A DNA stretch of 64,000 bases. Source: Candidatus Poribacteria bacterium (GTDB taxonomy: Bacteria > Poribacteria > WGA-4E > PCPOR2b). The stretch lies in the NCBI GenBank assembly GCA_965204355.1, contig OZ241983.1, positions 210,985-274,984 on the forward strand, given 5' to 3'. The number at the start of each line of letters is the position of its first letter. Within the stretch, counting starts at the first letter, position 1. The notes beneath the pieces are model-generated. The model was not told the origin of the DNA and did no database searches. It was given only the letters and a program-made list of their open reading frames with translations. This document shows positions 26,372-36,138 of the stretch, one piece after another. A program made the translations under genes and the position numbers.

Positions 26372-29008
26372 TCAGCCCAACATCTCCAGATTCGTTGTTA
26401 GCTTCTCTTGCTCCGATTCAAGTTCTGCGAGTCGGGTACGCTTCTGCTGAACAACTGCTTCCGGCGCCCGGTTAACAAAGTTCGGATTTTCCAGCATTTT
26501 TTGGGCACCGGTAAGTTCTTTGAGTACCTTGTCCAGCCGCTTCTGCAAGCGATCCTTCTCCTTTTCAATATCGATGATTCCCGCAAGTGGGATGTAGATC
26601 ACAACGTCGCTGATCACCGCTACAGCAGCAGCGGCAGGTTTTTCCTGATGTTCAGCGATAGAGATTTGTGAAAACCGTGTAAACGCCGGAAGGTATTCTT
26701 CTAAGTGTTCGCCGAGAAGTTCAGCCGTTTCCGGATTCGGAGTTTGAACCAGGATCTCGACTTCGCTGGAAGGTGGCACGTTCATTTCGCCGCGGACGCT
26801 GCGGATACCATCGATAACGTCCATGATTGTCTGCATCGCCGCTTCCGCCTTCTTATCTGTCTCGGTCCCTTGCGTTTCGGGCCAAGGGGCAACCATGATG
26901 CTATCACCTTCGTGCGGGAGTCGCTGCCAGATCTCTTCTGTGATGAACGGCATGATCGGGTGCAGCATTCGCATTGTGCTTTCGAGAATTTCAGAGGCAA
27001 TCGCTTGTGCGGTGTGTTTCGCTGTTGGATCGTCGGTGTAGTAGAGACGCTGCTTGATGAGTTCAACGTACCAATCACAAAACTCGTGCCAGAGGAATTC
27101 ATAGAGCGTGTGCGCTGCGTCGCTAAATCGGAACTCCTCAAGGCATGTCGTCACGGTTTCCACGGTTGCGCTATAGCGACTGCGAATCCACTGATCGCAC
27201 AAGATAGGATCTGTCGACTGACCGGGCTGAAAGTCATCCAGATTCATCACTAACAGACGCGAAGCGTTCCAGATCTTATTGGCAAACCGTTTCCCCGCCT
27301 CGATTTGGGACTCAGCTAACGCAATATATGGATTCGGCACAGCGGAGAATACGAGTGCGAATCGGAACGCATCGGCACCGTACTCGTGGATGGTTGGTAC
27401 AGGGTCAATCGCGTTACCTTTCGACTTACTCTGTTTCTGTCCGTGTTCATCAGCGACCAGTGGATGGAGATAAACACGGCGAAATGGCACTTCGTCCATA
27501 CACTGGAGACCGAGCATCGCCATCCGGACGACCCAGAAGAAGAGGATATCCCACGCGGTCACCAATACAGACGTCGGATAGAAAGTTTTGAGGCACTCTG
27601 TATCATCGGGCCAGCCCATTGTCGAGAAGGGCCAAAGCCCCGAACTGAACCATGTATCGAGCACCTCCTCATCTTGCCAAATCTCCTCGGAATTGCAATG
27701 AGCACATTGAGAAGGAGGGGTTACCGCTACCGTGAGTTCTCCACAAGCGTCGCAGTGCCAGACTGGAAGTTTGTGACCCCACCAGCGTTGCCGAGAAATG
27801 GGCCACGGTTCGATATTTTCCATCCATTGATAAAATCGTCTTTCCTCGCGTTCCGGGAGAAATACAATTTCACCGCGTTTCGTCACTTCAACCGCACGTT
27901 CCGCAAGCGGTTTGACATTCAGATACCACTGCGGTGAGATATACGGTTCAATAATCTGATTGCACCGATCATGGTGTCCGACCGCATGGGGGTGTGGCAC
28001 AACTTTAAGTAGATACCCCTGTGCACGTAAATCTTCGACCAACGCCTCGCGACATTCAAACCGATCCATGCCCTGATACTTCGTTCCTGCATTCTCATTC
28101 AAGCTCCCGTCCGGATTCAGTATGTTGACCTGCTCAAGTTCGTGTCGCTGACCGATTTCGTAGTCGTTTGGATCGTGGGCGGGTGTGACCTTCAGTGCGC
28201 CTGTACCAAATTCCAGATCAACATATTCGTCCGCGATGATTGGGAGTTCACGTCCAAGAATCGGTAGAATCGCCGTTTTGCCGATGAGGTGTTGATAGCG
28301 CGTATCATCTGGATGGACAGCAACTGCCGTGTCGCCGAGCATCGTCTCCGGACGCGTCGTCGCAATTTCAACGGATTTCTCTGAATCTTTAATCGGATAC
28401 TTAATATGGTAAAAGTTTCCATCAATCTCAACCGGTTCAACCTCAAGGTTGGAGATGACGGTGCGACAGTGTGGACACCAATTGACTAAGTTTGCATCGC
28501 GATAGATTAAGCCTGCGTCGTAGAGTTTGACAAACGCGGTGCAGACTGCTCTGGATAACCCTTCATCCATCGTGAATCGTTCACGTTCCCAATCGCAGGA
28601 ACAGCCGAGTTGGTATAGCTGATCGCTGATGGTTGCGTGCGTTTCATCCTTCCAAGCCCACATCCTCTCAATAAACTTTTCACGACCGAGTTCATCACGG
28701 TCCGTTCCCCAAGCGGCAAGCTGTCTTTCCATGATGATCTCTGTGCCGATGCCCGCATGGTCTGTCCCCGGCATCCAGAGCGTATTGTAACCCTGCATCC
28801 GCCGCCAACGAATCAGCGTGTCTTGCAATGTATTATTGAGTGCGTGCCCGATATGTAGGCTCCCTGTGATATTCGGGGGCGGAATCACAACCGAGTAAGG
28901 GGGTTTGTCAGATGTATCAGCGGCGTGGAAATAATCCTTGTCCCGCCAGAATTTGTACCATTTTTCTTCGATATCATGCGGTGAATATGTTTTTGGAATA
29001 TCGGTCAT
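26372..29008 (-). CDS. valS: valine--tRNA ligase
   Basis: 878 aa. HIGH motif (SLHIGHALN), KMSKS variant (KQSKSKGN), and a C-terminal coiled coil typical of ValRS. Confidence 0.95.
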   Translation of the reverse strand: MTDIPKTYSPHDIEEKWYKFWRDKDYFHAADTSDKPPYSVVIPPPNITGSLHIGHALNNTLQDTLIRWRRMQGYNTLWMPGTDHAGIGTEIIMERQLAAWGTDRDELGREKFIERMWAWKDETHATISDQLYQLGCSCDWERERFTMDEGLSRAVCTAFVKLYDAGLIYRDANLVNWCPHCRTVISNLEVEPVEIDGNFYHIKYPIKDSEKSVEIATTRPETMLGDTAVAVHPDDTRYQHLIGKTAILPILGRELPIIADEYVDLEFGTGALKVTPAHDPNDYEIGQRHELEQVNILNPDGSLNENAGTKYQGMDRFECREALVEDLRAQGYLLKVVPHPHAVGHHDRCNQIIEPYISPQWYLNVKPLAERAVEVTKRGEIVFLPEREERRFYQWMENIEPWPISRQRWWGHKLPVWHCDACGELTVAVTPPSQCAHCNSEEIWQDEEVLDTWFSSGLWPFSTMGWPDDTECLKTFYPTSVLVTAWDILFFWVVRMAMLGLQCMDEVPFRRVYLHPLVADEHGQKQSKSKGNAIDPVPTIHEYGADAFRFALVFSAVPNPYIALAESQIEAGKRFANKIWNASRLLVMNLDDFQPGQSTDPILCDQWIRSRYSATVETVTTCLEEFRFSDAAHTLYEFLWHEFCDWYVELIKQRLYYTDDPTAKHTAQAIASEILESTMRMLHPIMPFITEEIWQRLPHEGDSIMVAPWPETQGTETDKKAEAAMQTIMDVIDGIRSVRGEMNVPPSSEVEILVQTPNPETAELLGEHLEEYLPAFTRFSQISIAEHQEKPAAAAVAVISDVVIYIPLAGIIDIEKEKDRLQKRLDKVLKELTGAQKMLENPNFVNRAPEAVVQQKRTRLAELESEQEKLTTNLEMLG

Positions 29009-29029
29009 AGATTTTAATCCTCAACTTGT

Positions 29030-29293
29030 TTATGTTTGATTGCTATATAAAAGTTTCCGCCACTCCGCCGGGGGAGCGGGCTGAAAAAGATGATCCATCA
29101 AATTGTTTTCAATCGCAAAAGTGATTTGATCAGAAATTACATCAACAATCATCGCTTCCGCGTCTGCCTTTGTATCACCATCAGTGACCAAATCCAATTG
29201 CAAACAGTGAGCGGTATAACAGTCTGTTTGTTTTTCAATAAGCACATCGAGGTGAAATAATTTCCGTTTGAGTTTTGGGTTGTCAGCTTCCAT
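29030..29293 (-). CDS. HicB-like (UPF0150-type) small protein, possible orphan antitoxin
   Basis: 87 aa. The pattern ...YTAHCLQLDLVTDGDTKADAEAMIVDVI... resembles the HicB N-terminal fold. No HicA-like ORF is adjacent. Confidence 0.35.
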   Translation of the reverse strand: MEADNPKLKRKLFHLDVLIEKQTDCYTAHCLQLDLVTDGDTKADAEAMIVDVISDQITFAIENNLMDHLFQPAPPAEWRKLLYSNQT

Positions 29294-29357
29294 TGGCCCC
29301 TCCAGTATTGCTGGGTTTTACGTGTCTGTTGTCAATTCCATCAAATACAATACATAC

Positions 29358-29475
29358 AGGACTTACGCAAATTTGGCACACGGGGGCAGATTTTTGATTT
29401 TTAACCCCCTAAATCCCCCTTGTCAGGGGGACTTTGGAAAATCAGGGGGACTTATGAACGCGCTGCGTAAGTCCT
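29358..29475 (+). mobile_element. MITE-like element, family G (TIR AGGACTTACGCA...TGCGTAAGTCCT) carrying family-C internal motifs
   Basis: 12-bp perfect TIRs. Half-sites AGGACTTACGCA / GGAGTTACGCA are also seen near 55741 and 17063. Confidence 0.75.
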
Positions 29476-29486
29476 AACATAATGTA

Positions 29487-30407
29487 TTACACTTCTCGAT
29501 TCGTCATTTCTAACAGGGCCATCGTCACGAGCAGCAGCGGTACAATCACAAGCGCAGAACGCCATAGGGAGATCTGAGCGCCGATGAGACAGGGGAAGAA
29601 CGTGATAGCCCCCACCATTGAGCCTTTCAGTGCGAGATAGCCGTTTTTCTCAATCGGATTTAAGTACAGTGGCAGACGGGTAATACTCGTCGCTAGCAGC
29701 GCAAGGACAACCCATAAGGTGTAGTGCCAACTGATCGCTTCAAGCCAGTAGGGCAACACGGCAACGATAAAGGAGAGTATGGTTGATACTGCGGCACAGA
29801 CGAGGGCTGGTTTAACTCCCAGTTGCAGGGGAGTGGTGGTAATGCCGAGCTTTTCATCCCGTTCAAGGTCCTTGAAGGTTGTCGTAATATGTGTCCCACA
29901 ATCGTAGAGCGTTGTAGCGGCAAACGCATACCAGACGAGGCGTGGTATACCTCCGCTTACAGCGAGCGCGCCAAACACATTGAGTAAGCCAATGCCAAGC
30001 GGAAGGCTAATGCTTCCTAGTATTCCGCGTTCCTTGAAGAAGGCGTTGTATGAATGGGAAATCATCACGAGGGCAACCACCAGAAGTCCAGCTTTGATGT
30101 GGAGTGTGAATCCCAAGATAACGCAGATAATATAGGTAGTGCTTGCGGTAATCAGCACCTGTCGAGGCGTGAGTCGGTGCGATGGAAGCGGCCGATCAGG
30201 ATTCACAAGGGCATCCTGCTTGCGGTGGAAGTAATCGTTTTTCATCATGCCTGCAAAGTAGCCCAGTAGTGCAACGAGCAACGTCAGCCCAACCCGCCAA
30301 TTCCATTCTCCCTCTGAAGCGATCAGTGCGCCGGGTAACGTCGCAACGATCGGAATGGCGAAGAGAGGATAGCGGATTAATTCGAGGTAGGCTTTTAATG
30401 TGTTCAT
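29487..30407 (-). CDS. UbiA family prenyltransferase
   Basis: 306 aa, polytopic. Asp-rich motif NDYFHRKQD in the first cytoplasmic loop. Confidence 0.75.
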   Translation of the reverse strand: MNTLKAYLELIRYPLFAIPIVATLPGALIASEGEWNWRVGLTLLVALLGYFAGMMKNDYFHRKQDALVNPDRPLPSHRLTPRQVLITASTTYIICVILGFTLHIKAGLLVVALVMISHSYNAFFKERGILGSISLPLGIGLLNVFGALAVSGGIPRLVWYAFAATTLYDCGTHITTTFKDLERDEKLGITTTPLQLGVKPALVCAAVSTILSFIVAVLPYWLEAISWHYTLWVVLALLATSITRLPLYLNPIEKNGYLALKGSMVGAITFFPCLIGAQISLWRSALVIVPLLLVTMALLEMTNREV

Positions 30408-30461
30408 GGCAATTTATTTTCAAGTAAGAAGAGTTGCTTAGACGTGGTGGCACTCGTGCAT

Positions 30462-31481
30462 TTATCCGCCGACCAGAACGCTTTTCACACCGCGTTGATG
30501 CCGGGCATTTTCAAATCCTTCAACGACTCCCTCAATCGGAAACCGATCCGTCAGCAACGGCTTGAGGTTAATCTTGTCGTCAATAAGCAGTTGACGGGAT
30601 TCATTCAGACTCCAGCGTGAGAATGCCCATGACGCCATTAGTTTGTGTCCCATGTAGTGGAAATGCTCAAGATTGATTCGCAGCTCCTGTCCGCCCGGCG
30701 CGAGTCCGAAGAAATTCACGCAGCCGCCGCGCCGCACAAGCTTGAAGGCGAGATCAATCGCACGTTGATCATTGACCGTCGCAGAGATAACGGTATCCAC
30801 ACCGCCACCGGTCTGCTCGATGAGCGTTTCTATCTGTTCCGCCGTAATATCGAATGTGGCATCTGCACCAACTTCAGCTGCTGCGCTGCGCCGATGTGTG
30901 AGCGGTTCAAAAACAAACGCTTGTAGTCCCGCGTTTTTCACCAGTTGGGTAAACATCAAGCCGATGGGGCCTGCGCCGAGGATGGCGACGCTTTTATTGA
31001 GGATTGTTTCACGCATTGCATTGATACAGCAGCCCAGCGGCTCCAGAAAAATCAGTTCTTCCGGCGGGATTGTATCTGGTACAGTTATTAGTTTTCCTGT
31101 GTCAATTCCGTGCTTCGGCATCCGGATGTATTCGGCATATCCGCCGTCAATGTCATGTCCGATTCCCTCAATGTTTGAACAGTACTTATCAAGGTCTGCC
31201 CGGCAGTAATCGCAGTTTCCGCAGGAGAGCATCGGATTCACCGTCACCTTCTCGCCGATTTTCACGTCGGGGTGTCGGCTTTCAATAACGACTCCGGCGA
31301 GTTCATGTCCCATCACGACGGGCGGCGAATAGTCGGTGATGTCCCCGTTAAGTGCTGCCAAGTCAGAGGCACAGATACCGCATAGATCGACTTTAATCAG
31401 GACATCGCCTGAATTGAGGGTCGGGACCGGTTTATCCTGTACGCTTAATTTCCCAGTTTCTTCAAAGACGGCAGCTTTCAT
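30462..31481 (-). CDS. zinc-dependent alcohol dehydrogenase (MDR; threonine/sorbitol dehydrogenase-like)
   Basis: GHELAGVV, a structural Zn Cys cluster (CGNCDYC..C), and a GAGPIGL Rossmann motif. Confidence 0.85.
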   Translation of the reverse strand: MKAAVFEETGKLSVQDKPVPTLNSGDVLIKVDLCGICASDLAALNGDITDYSPPVVMGHELAGVVIESRHPDVKIGEKVTVNPMLSCGNCDYCRADLDKYCSNIEGIGHDIDGGYAEYIRMPKHGIDTGKLITVPDTIPPEELIFLEPLGCCINAMRETILNKSVAILGAGPIGLMFTQLVKNAGLQAFVFEPLTHRRSAAAEVGADATFDITAEQIETLIEQTGGGVDTVISATVNDQRAIDLAFKLVRRGGCVNFFGLAPGGQELRINLEHFHYMGHKLMASWAFSRWSLNESRQLLIDDKINLKPLLTDRFPIEGVVEGFENARHQRGVKSVLVGG

Positions 31482-32122
31482 GACGTACCTCCGTTATTTC
31501 GCACAAGACGGAGTTGTTCAAGCAGTTGACCACCAACACTCACAACAGAAGCAGCGATATCATCAGGAACTTCCGTTTTACCATGGATCGCATGGTTGCA
31601 AACGTGCGTAATTTCTTTCAAAGGTCCAAGCCAAGTAGGGGGTAAAATTTTTCGGGACACAAGTTCTTGAGCCATTCTTGTAATCCCTAACGGCCGAGAA
31701 CTAATATCTGTTTGATTATTGTGAGCGATGTGTCTAAGTTCCCGTTCAAGTTCTATCCGCAACTTTGCTAATGCCAACGAGTTGTCTAAGCCAACGAGCT
31801 GCCCTAAACTTAAATCCCACGGTTCTGCAACCTTTTCGTCCTCAGTAGGGGACGTATCAAGTGCTGTAAATCCCTCAGAAAGACTCTTGCTCACAAGAAC
31901 CTCATCAAAAGGGACACGAACAAAAGAAGGTGATGTGCTATTCTCTACAGACTGTTGAAATGCTGTCAGTGCAGCAATTGTGGTCATTCCTGAAATAAGC
32001 ACCAATACCTGATTTACTTCGGTCGTCATTCTATCTTGTGCGACTAGGAAAATCAAACCAGCTGTAAGCAGGGAGAGAAAACCACCAACCGCTAAACTAT
32101 ATGCTGCTCTATTCTTCCGCAT
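31478..32122 (-). CDS. 2-TM membrane protein with C-terminal DUF4145-like domain
   Basis: Two N-terminal hydrophobic helices. The C-terminal pattern LRIELERELRHIA...LGITRMAQELVSRKILPPTWLGPLKEITHVCNHAIHG resembles DUF4145 and needs HMM confirmation. Its stop overlaps the ADH start (ATGA). Confidence 0.5.
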   Translation of the reverse strand: MRKNRAAYSLAVGGFLSLLTAGLIFLVAQDRMTTEVNQVLVLISGMTTIAALTAFQQSVENSTSPSFVRVPFDEVLVSKSLSEGFTALDTSPTEDEKVAEPWDLSLGQLVGLDNSLALAKLRIELERELRHIAHNNQTDISSRPLGITRMAQELVSRKILPPTWLGPLKEITHVCNHAIHGKTEVPDDIAASVVSVGGQLLEQLRLVRNNGGTS

Positions 32123-32519
32123 TTTCTCCTCCTTTACCTCTTCTGAAAATTCTTAAAATCGCTTTCACATAGTCCGGGGCGACCCCAAAAAGACCTGCCC
32201 CTGATATGAGTAATCCCGGATACGTCAAACCACCAATAAGCAATCCTATACCAACAGCAAAAGCAATGACAGAAAATCCCATCTTAAACCATACCTGCGC
32301 TTTTTCTAAGAAACGTTCGTGTTCTTGATTTTTTGTCTCCTCATCTTGTTGTATGATCTCCTTACGCACGTAGGTCAAGAAAACAATTTCTTGGAAATCA
32401 TCTGCTTGGCTAATACGTTCGTCAATTGCTAAAAGAACAGGAACCTCGCCTGATTCACGCTGAGTCAGAGCCGTAGGTTCATTCGATGGAGTCGTGCTAT
32501 TTCTCTGTTCTTGCGACAT
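32109..32519 (-). CDS. small protein with C-terminal 2-TM hairpin
   Basis: ATG 32519 (the track uses TTG 32531). TM hairpin MGFSVIAFAVGIGLLIGGL / GLLISGAGLFGVAP. Overlaps the downstream gene by 14 nt. Confidence 0.5.
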   Translation of the reverse strand: MSQEQRNSTTPSNEPTALTQRESGEVPVLLAIDERISQADDFQEIVFLTYVRKEIIQQDEETKNQEHERFLEKAQVWFKMGFSVIAFAVGIGLLIGGLTYPGLLISGAGLFGVAPDYVKAILRIFRRGKGGENAEE

Positions 32520-32558
32520 CTTTGATTCCAAGAGTAGTTTATATGTGCTATAAGTGAT

Positions 32559-33107
32559 TTAATCGCTCAGAAACTCATCAAACTTCTTGAGCAGCACATC
32601 CGGGCTTTCGTCAACCAGTATCAAGGAACGGTGAAGTGTCTTGATAAATCCCTCCGAAACGGCATAATCGAGGAAATCCGCTAACTTGCTGTAATACCCG
32701 CATACGTTTAGAAGACCGCACGGTTTCCGGTGTAGACCAAGCTGTGTCCACGTCACCATCTCAAAGAGTTCGTCGATTGTGCCGAGTCCACCGGGAAGCG
32801 CGATAAAGGCGTCCGACAGCTCAGCCATCAGTCCTTTTCGCTCGTGCATTGAGTCAACGACTCGCAGATCGAAAAGCGCAGCATGAGCGATTCTTCTTCT
32901 GACGAATCTCCTAGGCACGATGCCAATCACTTCGCCCCCGGCTTCAAGGGCGGCGTTGGCAAGCTCACCCATCGTGCCGACGTTTGTGCCCCCGTAGACA
33001 AGCCCCAAGTTTCTACTTGCCAAGGCATGACCTAACTGTCTTGCGGCTTCGGCATACGCCGGCTTACTTCCCATGCTGGATCCACAGAATACGCACACCC
33101 GTTTCAT
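32559..33107 (-). CDS. LOG family protein (cytokinin riboside 5'-monophosphate phosphoribohydrolase-type, TIGR00730-like)
   Basis: 182 aa. VYGGTNVGTMG and PGGLGTIDELFE motifs. Confidence 0.85.
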   Translation of the reverse strand: MKRVCVFCGSSMGSKPAYAEAARQLGHALASRNLGLVYGGTNVGTMGELANAALEAGGEVIGIVPRRFVRRRIAHAALFDLRVVDSMHERKGLMAELSDAFIALPGGLGTIDELFEMVTWTQLGLHRKPCGLLNVCGYYSKLADFLDYAVSEGFIKTLHRSLILVDESPDVLLKKFDEFLSD

Positions 33108-33305
33108 TGCAACACACTTTCTTAATTAGATCGGTCGAATTTAGTTAATAGATTTTATCAGATACCTCCGTCGCAATGCAAGGCAATTGTCAACTCCAAT
33201 AGGTCGTCGCCCCGAACATGAATCGTTTTGATATTGACATCCGTCCATACACTCTCTATAATGGGCGAACGATATTCTTAATTTCAGTTTAAGGGGAGAA
33301 GGACA

Positions 33306-34571
33306 GTGAGTGAGAAGATTCGATTAGCCATTGTTGGCTGTGGGGGTATGGGGCATCGTCACTTGTACGGACTGGCAGAGCTGCATCGTGTGGGCTGGGA
33401 CCGGTTTGAACTGGTTGGTGCATGCGATCCGGTACGTGATAACGCGGAATCCCTTGCCGATCAGGCGGCAACACATTTTGGGACGCGACCAACCGTCGTT
33501 GAAGATCTGGATGGACTGGCAGCGGTTAATGTTGAAGCGGTTGACGTGACGACGACGCCACGATATCACCACACGGTTGCTGTTGAGACGTTGGAGCGGG
33601 GTTGGCACACGATGGTTGAGAAGCCGATGGGGTTGACCGTTCGTGCTTGTAACCTCATCGCGTGCGCAGCGGAGAGATCTGATGCAATTTTAAGTGTGGC
33701 GGAGAATTATCGACGGGATCCCATCAACCGTTTGGCGAAAGCATTGATAGACGGTGGCATCATTGGTACTCCGCGCTTTCTCATTCACCATGCTATTGGT
33801 GGCGGTGACCGGATGTTAATCTCTGTATGGCGTCACCAAAAGGATCAAAGTGGTATACTGCTTGATGTTGGTGTTCACCACTCGGATATGATGGAATACC
33901 TTCTCGGTGATATTGAGACGGTGTATGCAAACACGAGGCTCCATGAACCTATTCGCAAGAATCCCGCAGCAGGGGGTGGCGAGGCTGGATCGAATCCCGG
34001 CGGCGTCTACGGTCGCTGGCAGGTAAAGATGCCCGCCGAATTTGAAGCGACCGCCGAGGATGCTGCTTACGCAACACTGACTTTCAAAAACGGCGCGGTT
34101 GGGCAGTATATCGAAGATCACGCGGGTCGTGGTCAGGGTGTGTGGTCACGACAGATTTACGGTTCTGGTGGTTCGATGAGTTTGCCGGGGGATCGCAGCG
34201 GGGGGAATATCACACTACATATTGACGGCGAATCCCCTATTGATGATGAGAGGATATTGGAGCATGTTCCTGAATTTCGGCTCGATGCAGTGACATCAGA
34301 TTTGTGGGGCGAGGATCGGTTGTGGCGTTACGAGTTCCCGTTCCCTGAGATAGATAGAAAGATTATCGCTATCGAATATGGGGACTTTGCACAGGCGATA
34401 GCAGGCGAGCATCCGGTTGAAGTGGACGCTGCACAGGGGACGCGATCTGTGGCGGTCTCTTACGGGATACTGGAATCCGGTGAAATTGGACGTATTGTTA
34501 CTATCGATGAGATGCTTGCCGAGCAGGTCGATGACTATCAGAGCGAAATTAACGAGAGCTTGGGGATATAA
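33306..34571 (+). CDS. Gfo/Idh/MocA family oxidoreductase
   Basis: GTG start after AAGGGGAGAAGG. N-terminal IRLAIVGCGGMG Rossmann motif. 421 aa. Confidence 0.8.
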   Translation: MSEKIRLAIVGCGGMGHRHLYGLAELHRVGWDRFELVGACDPVRDNAESLADQAATHFGTRPTVVEDLDGLAAVNVEAVDVTTTPRYHHTVAVETLERGWHTMVEKPMGLTVRACNLIACAAERSDAILSVAENYRRDPINRLAKALIDGGIIGTPRFLIHHAIGGGDRMLISVWRHQKDQSGILLDVGVHHSDMMEYLLGDIETVYANTRLHEPIRKNPAAGGGEAGSNPGGVYGRWQVKMPAEFEATAEDAAYATLTFKNGAVGQYIEDHAGRGQGVWSRQIYGSGGSMSLPGDRSGGNITLHIDGESPIDDERILEHVPEFRLDAVTSDLWGEDRLWRYEFPFPEIDRKIIAIEYGDFAQAIAGEHPVEVDAAQGTRSVAVSYGILESGEIGRIVTIDEMLAEQVDDYQSEINESLGI

Positions 34572-34610
34572 TTCCCGTCCAAAGCGTGAAGATTGGGATG
34601 GAGGTGGAAT

Positions 34611-36059
34611 ATGGGAGTCCGATCGGCGGAGGAGTACAAGGCGAGCCTGAACGATGGTCGCACCCTGTTTTTCAAGGGAGATCGCGTGGAAGATGTCACC
34701 CGCCATCCAGATTTAGGGGTTGGGGCGGAACACGCCTCTCTCGATTTTGCACTCGCTGAAGATACGGAATATCAGGATTTGATGACCGTCAAGGTTCCTG
34801 AAACGGGCGAAACGATCAGTCGTTATTTTGTTAGTCCTACCAATACGGACGATCTGCTAAAACGGCGGGAGATGATCGAAACCAGCACTCGACTTGGCGG
34901 CGGGGTGGTGCTACTAATCAAAGAGATTGGAACGGACGCACTCTTTGCCCTTTCTCTGGTTGCCAAACGGATTGATGAACAGTATGATACGAACTACCTC
35001 AAGCGGGTGGAGGCGTATCACCGGGGCTGTCAGCGGAAAGACCTCAGCATGGCGGTTGCCCAGACCGATGTGAAAGGCGATCGAAGCCTGAGTCCCTCCG
35101 AGCAGGCGCATCCAGATTACTATGTGCGTGTGGTTGAAGAACGGGAGGATGGGATAGTTGTCCGGGGTGCAAAAGCGCATACCACCTGCGCTCCCTATGT
35201 AGATGAGATCATTGTGTTACCAACGCGGAATATGACAGAGCAGGATAAAGATTACGCCCTCGCCTTTGCTGTACCTGCCAATACCCCCGGCTTGAAAATG
35301 ATTGTTAGCCCTTTTGGCACATCATCGTCCAGCGATTTTCATAACCCTGTCAGTGCCAATCACCGGATGATCGAAAGTCTTACAATCTTCGACGATGTTT
35401 TCGTTCCAAAGGAGCGAATTTTCATGAATGGGGAGTGGGACTTCGCCGGTGGATTAGCCACTACCTTTGTCCAATTCCACCGATTCACCGCTGTTTCCTA
35501 CAAACCGCCGCTGTGTGACCTCCTAACCGGTGCTGCTGCATTAATCGCCGAACACAACGGCATTAGTCGCGCAAGCCATGTTCGGGAGAAGTTGATGCAT
35601 CTGATAAATTATGCCGAAACAGTTCGCGCGCTAAGTAAAGCTGCCGCTGTCGATTGTGTCAAGATTGATGGGGTGGCGATTCCCAATTCGATTATCACCA
35701 ACGTCGCCAAATTTTATTTTGCTAGCAATTACCACCAGATGGTCAGTTACGTACAGGATATCGCCGGGGGACTTGTGGTCACCGGACCGTCAGAGGAAGA
35801 TGTCACAAACCCTGAGACGCGCGATTATATCGAAAAATACTTGGGCGGAGCTGCGGAGGTTCCAACGTTGGACCGTCTCAAACTGGTGAACCTGATTCGG
35901 GACCTGACCGCTTCTGACTTTGGTGGTTATAACGAACTTCTCGCCATCCACGCCGAAGGCTCGCTTGAGGCACAAAAGATTACCATTTATCGGGAGTATG
36001 ACTTGGAACGGTGTAAATCGCTGGCTAAACAAGCAGCGGGGATAGAGGAAGGGGCGTAA
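34611..36059 (+). CDS. 4-hydroxybutyryl-CoA dehydratase / 4-hydroxyphenylacetate 3-hydroxylase (AbfD/HpaB) family protein
   Basis: ATG 34611 after GGAGGTGG. Blocks EEREDGIVVRGAKAHTT, MTEQDKDYALAFA, QDIAGGLVVTGPSE and IHAEGSLEAQK match my recollection of AbfD-family sequences. Confidence 0.75.
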   Translation: MGVRSAEEYKASLNDGRTLFFKGDRVEDVTRHPDLGVGAEHASLDFALAEDTEYQDLMTVKVPETGETISRYFVSPTNTDDLLKRREMIETSTRLGGGVVLLIKEIGTDALFALSLVAKRIDEQYDTNYLKRVEAYHRGCQRKDLSMAVAQTDVKGDRSLSPSEQAHPDYYVRVVEEREDGIVVRGAKAHTTCAPYVDEIIVLPTRNMTEQDKDYALAFAVPANTPGLKMIVSPFGTSSSSDFHNPVSANHRMIESLTIFDDVFVPKERIFMNGEWDFAGGLATTFVQFHRFTAVSYKPPLCDLLTGAAALIAEHNGISRASHVREKLMHLINYAETVRALSKAAAVDCVKIDGVAIPNSIITNVAKFYFASNYHQMVSYVQDIAGGLVVTGPSEEDVTNPETRDYIEKYLGGAAEVPTLDRLKLVNLIRDLTASDFGGYNELLAIHAEGSLEAQKITIYREYDLERCKSLAKQAAGIEEGA

Positions 36060-36138
36060 TAGGGCAGAGAGCTCCGTTAAGATAATCTGTGAAGAGAAGC
36101 CGAGCGATGTTCGCCCGACGAAAGGGAGGAGGCGAAGG

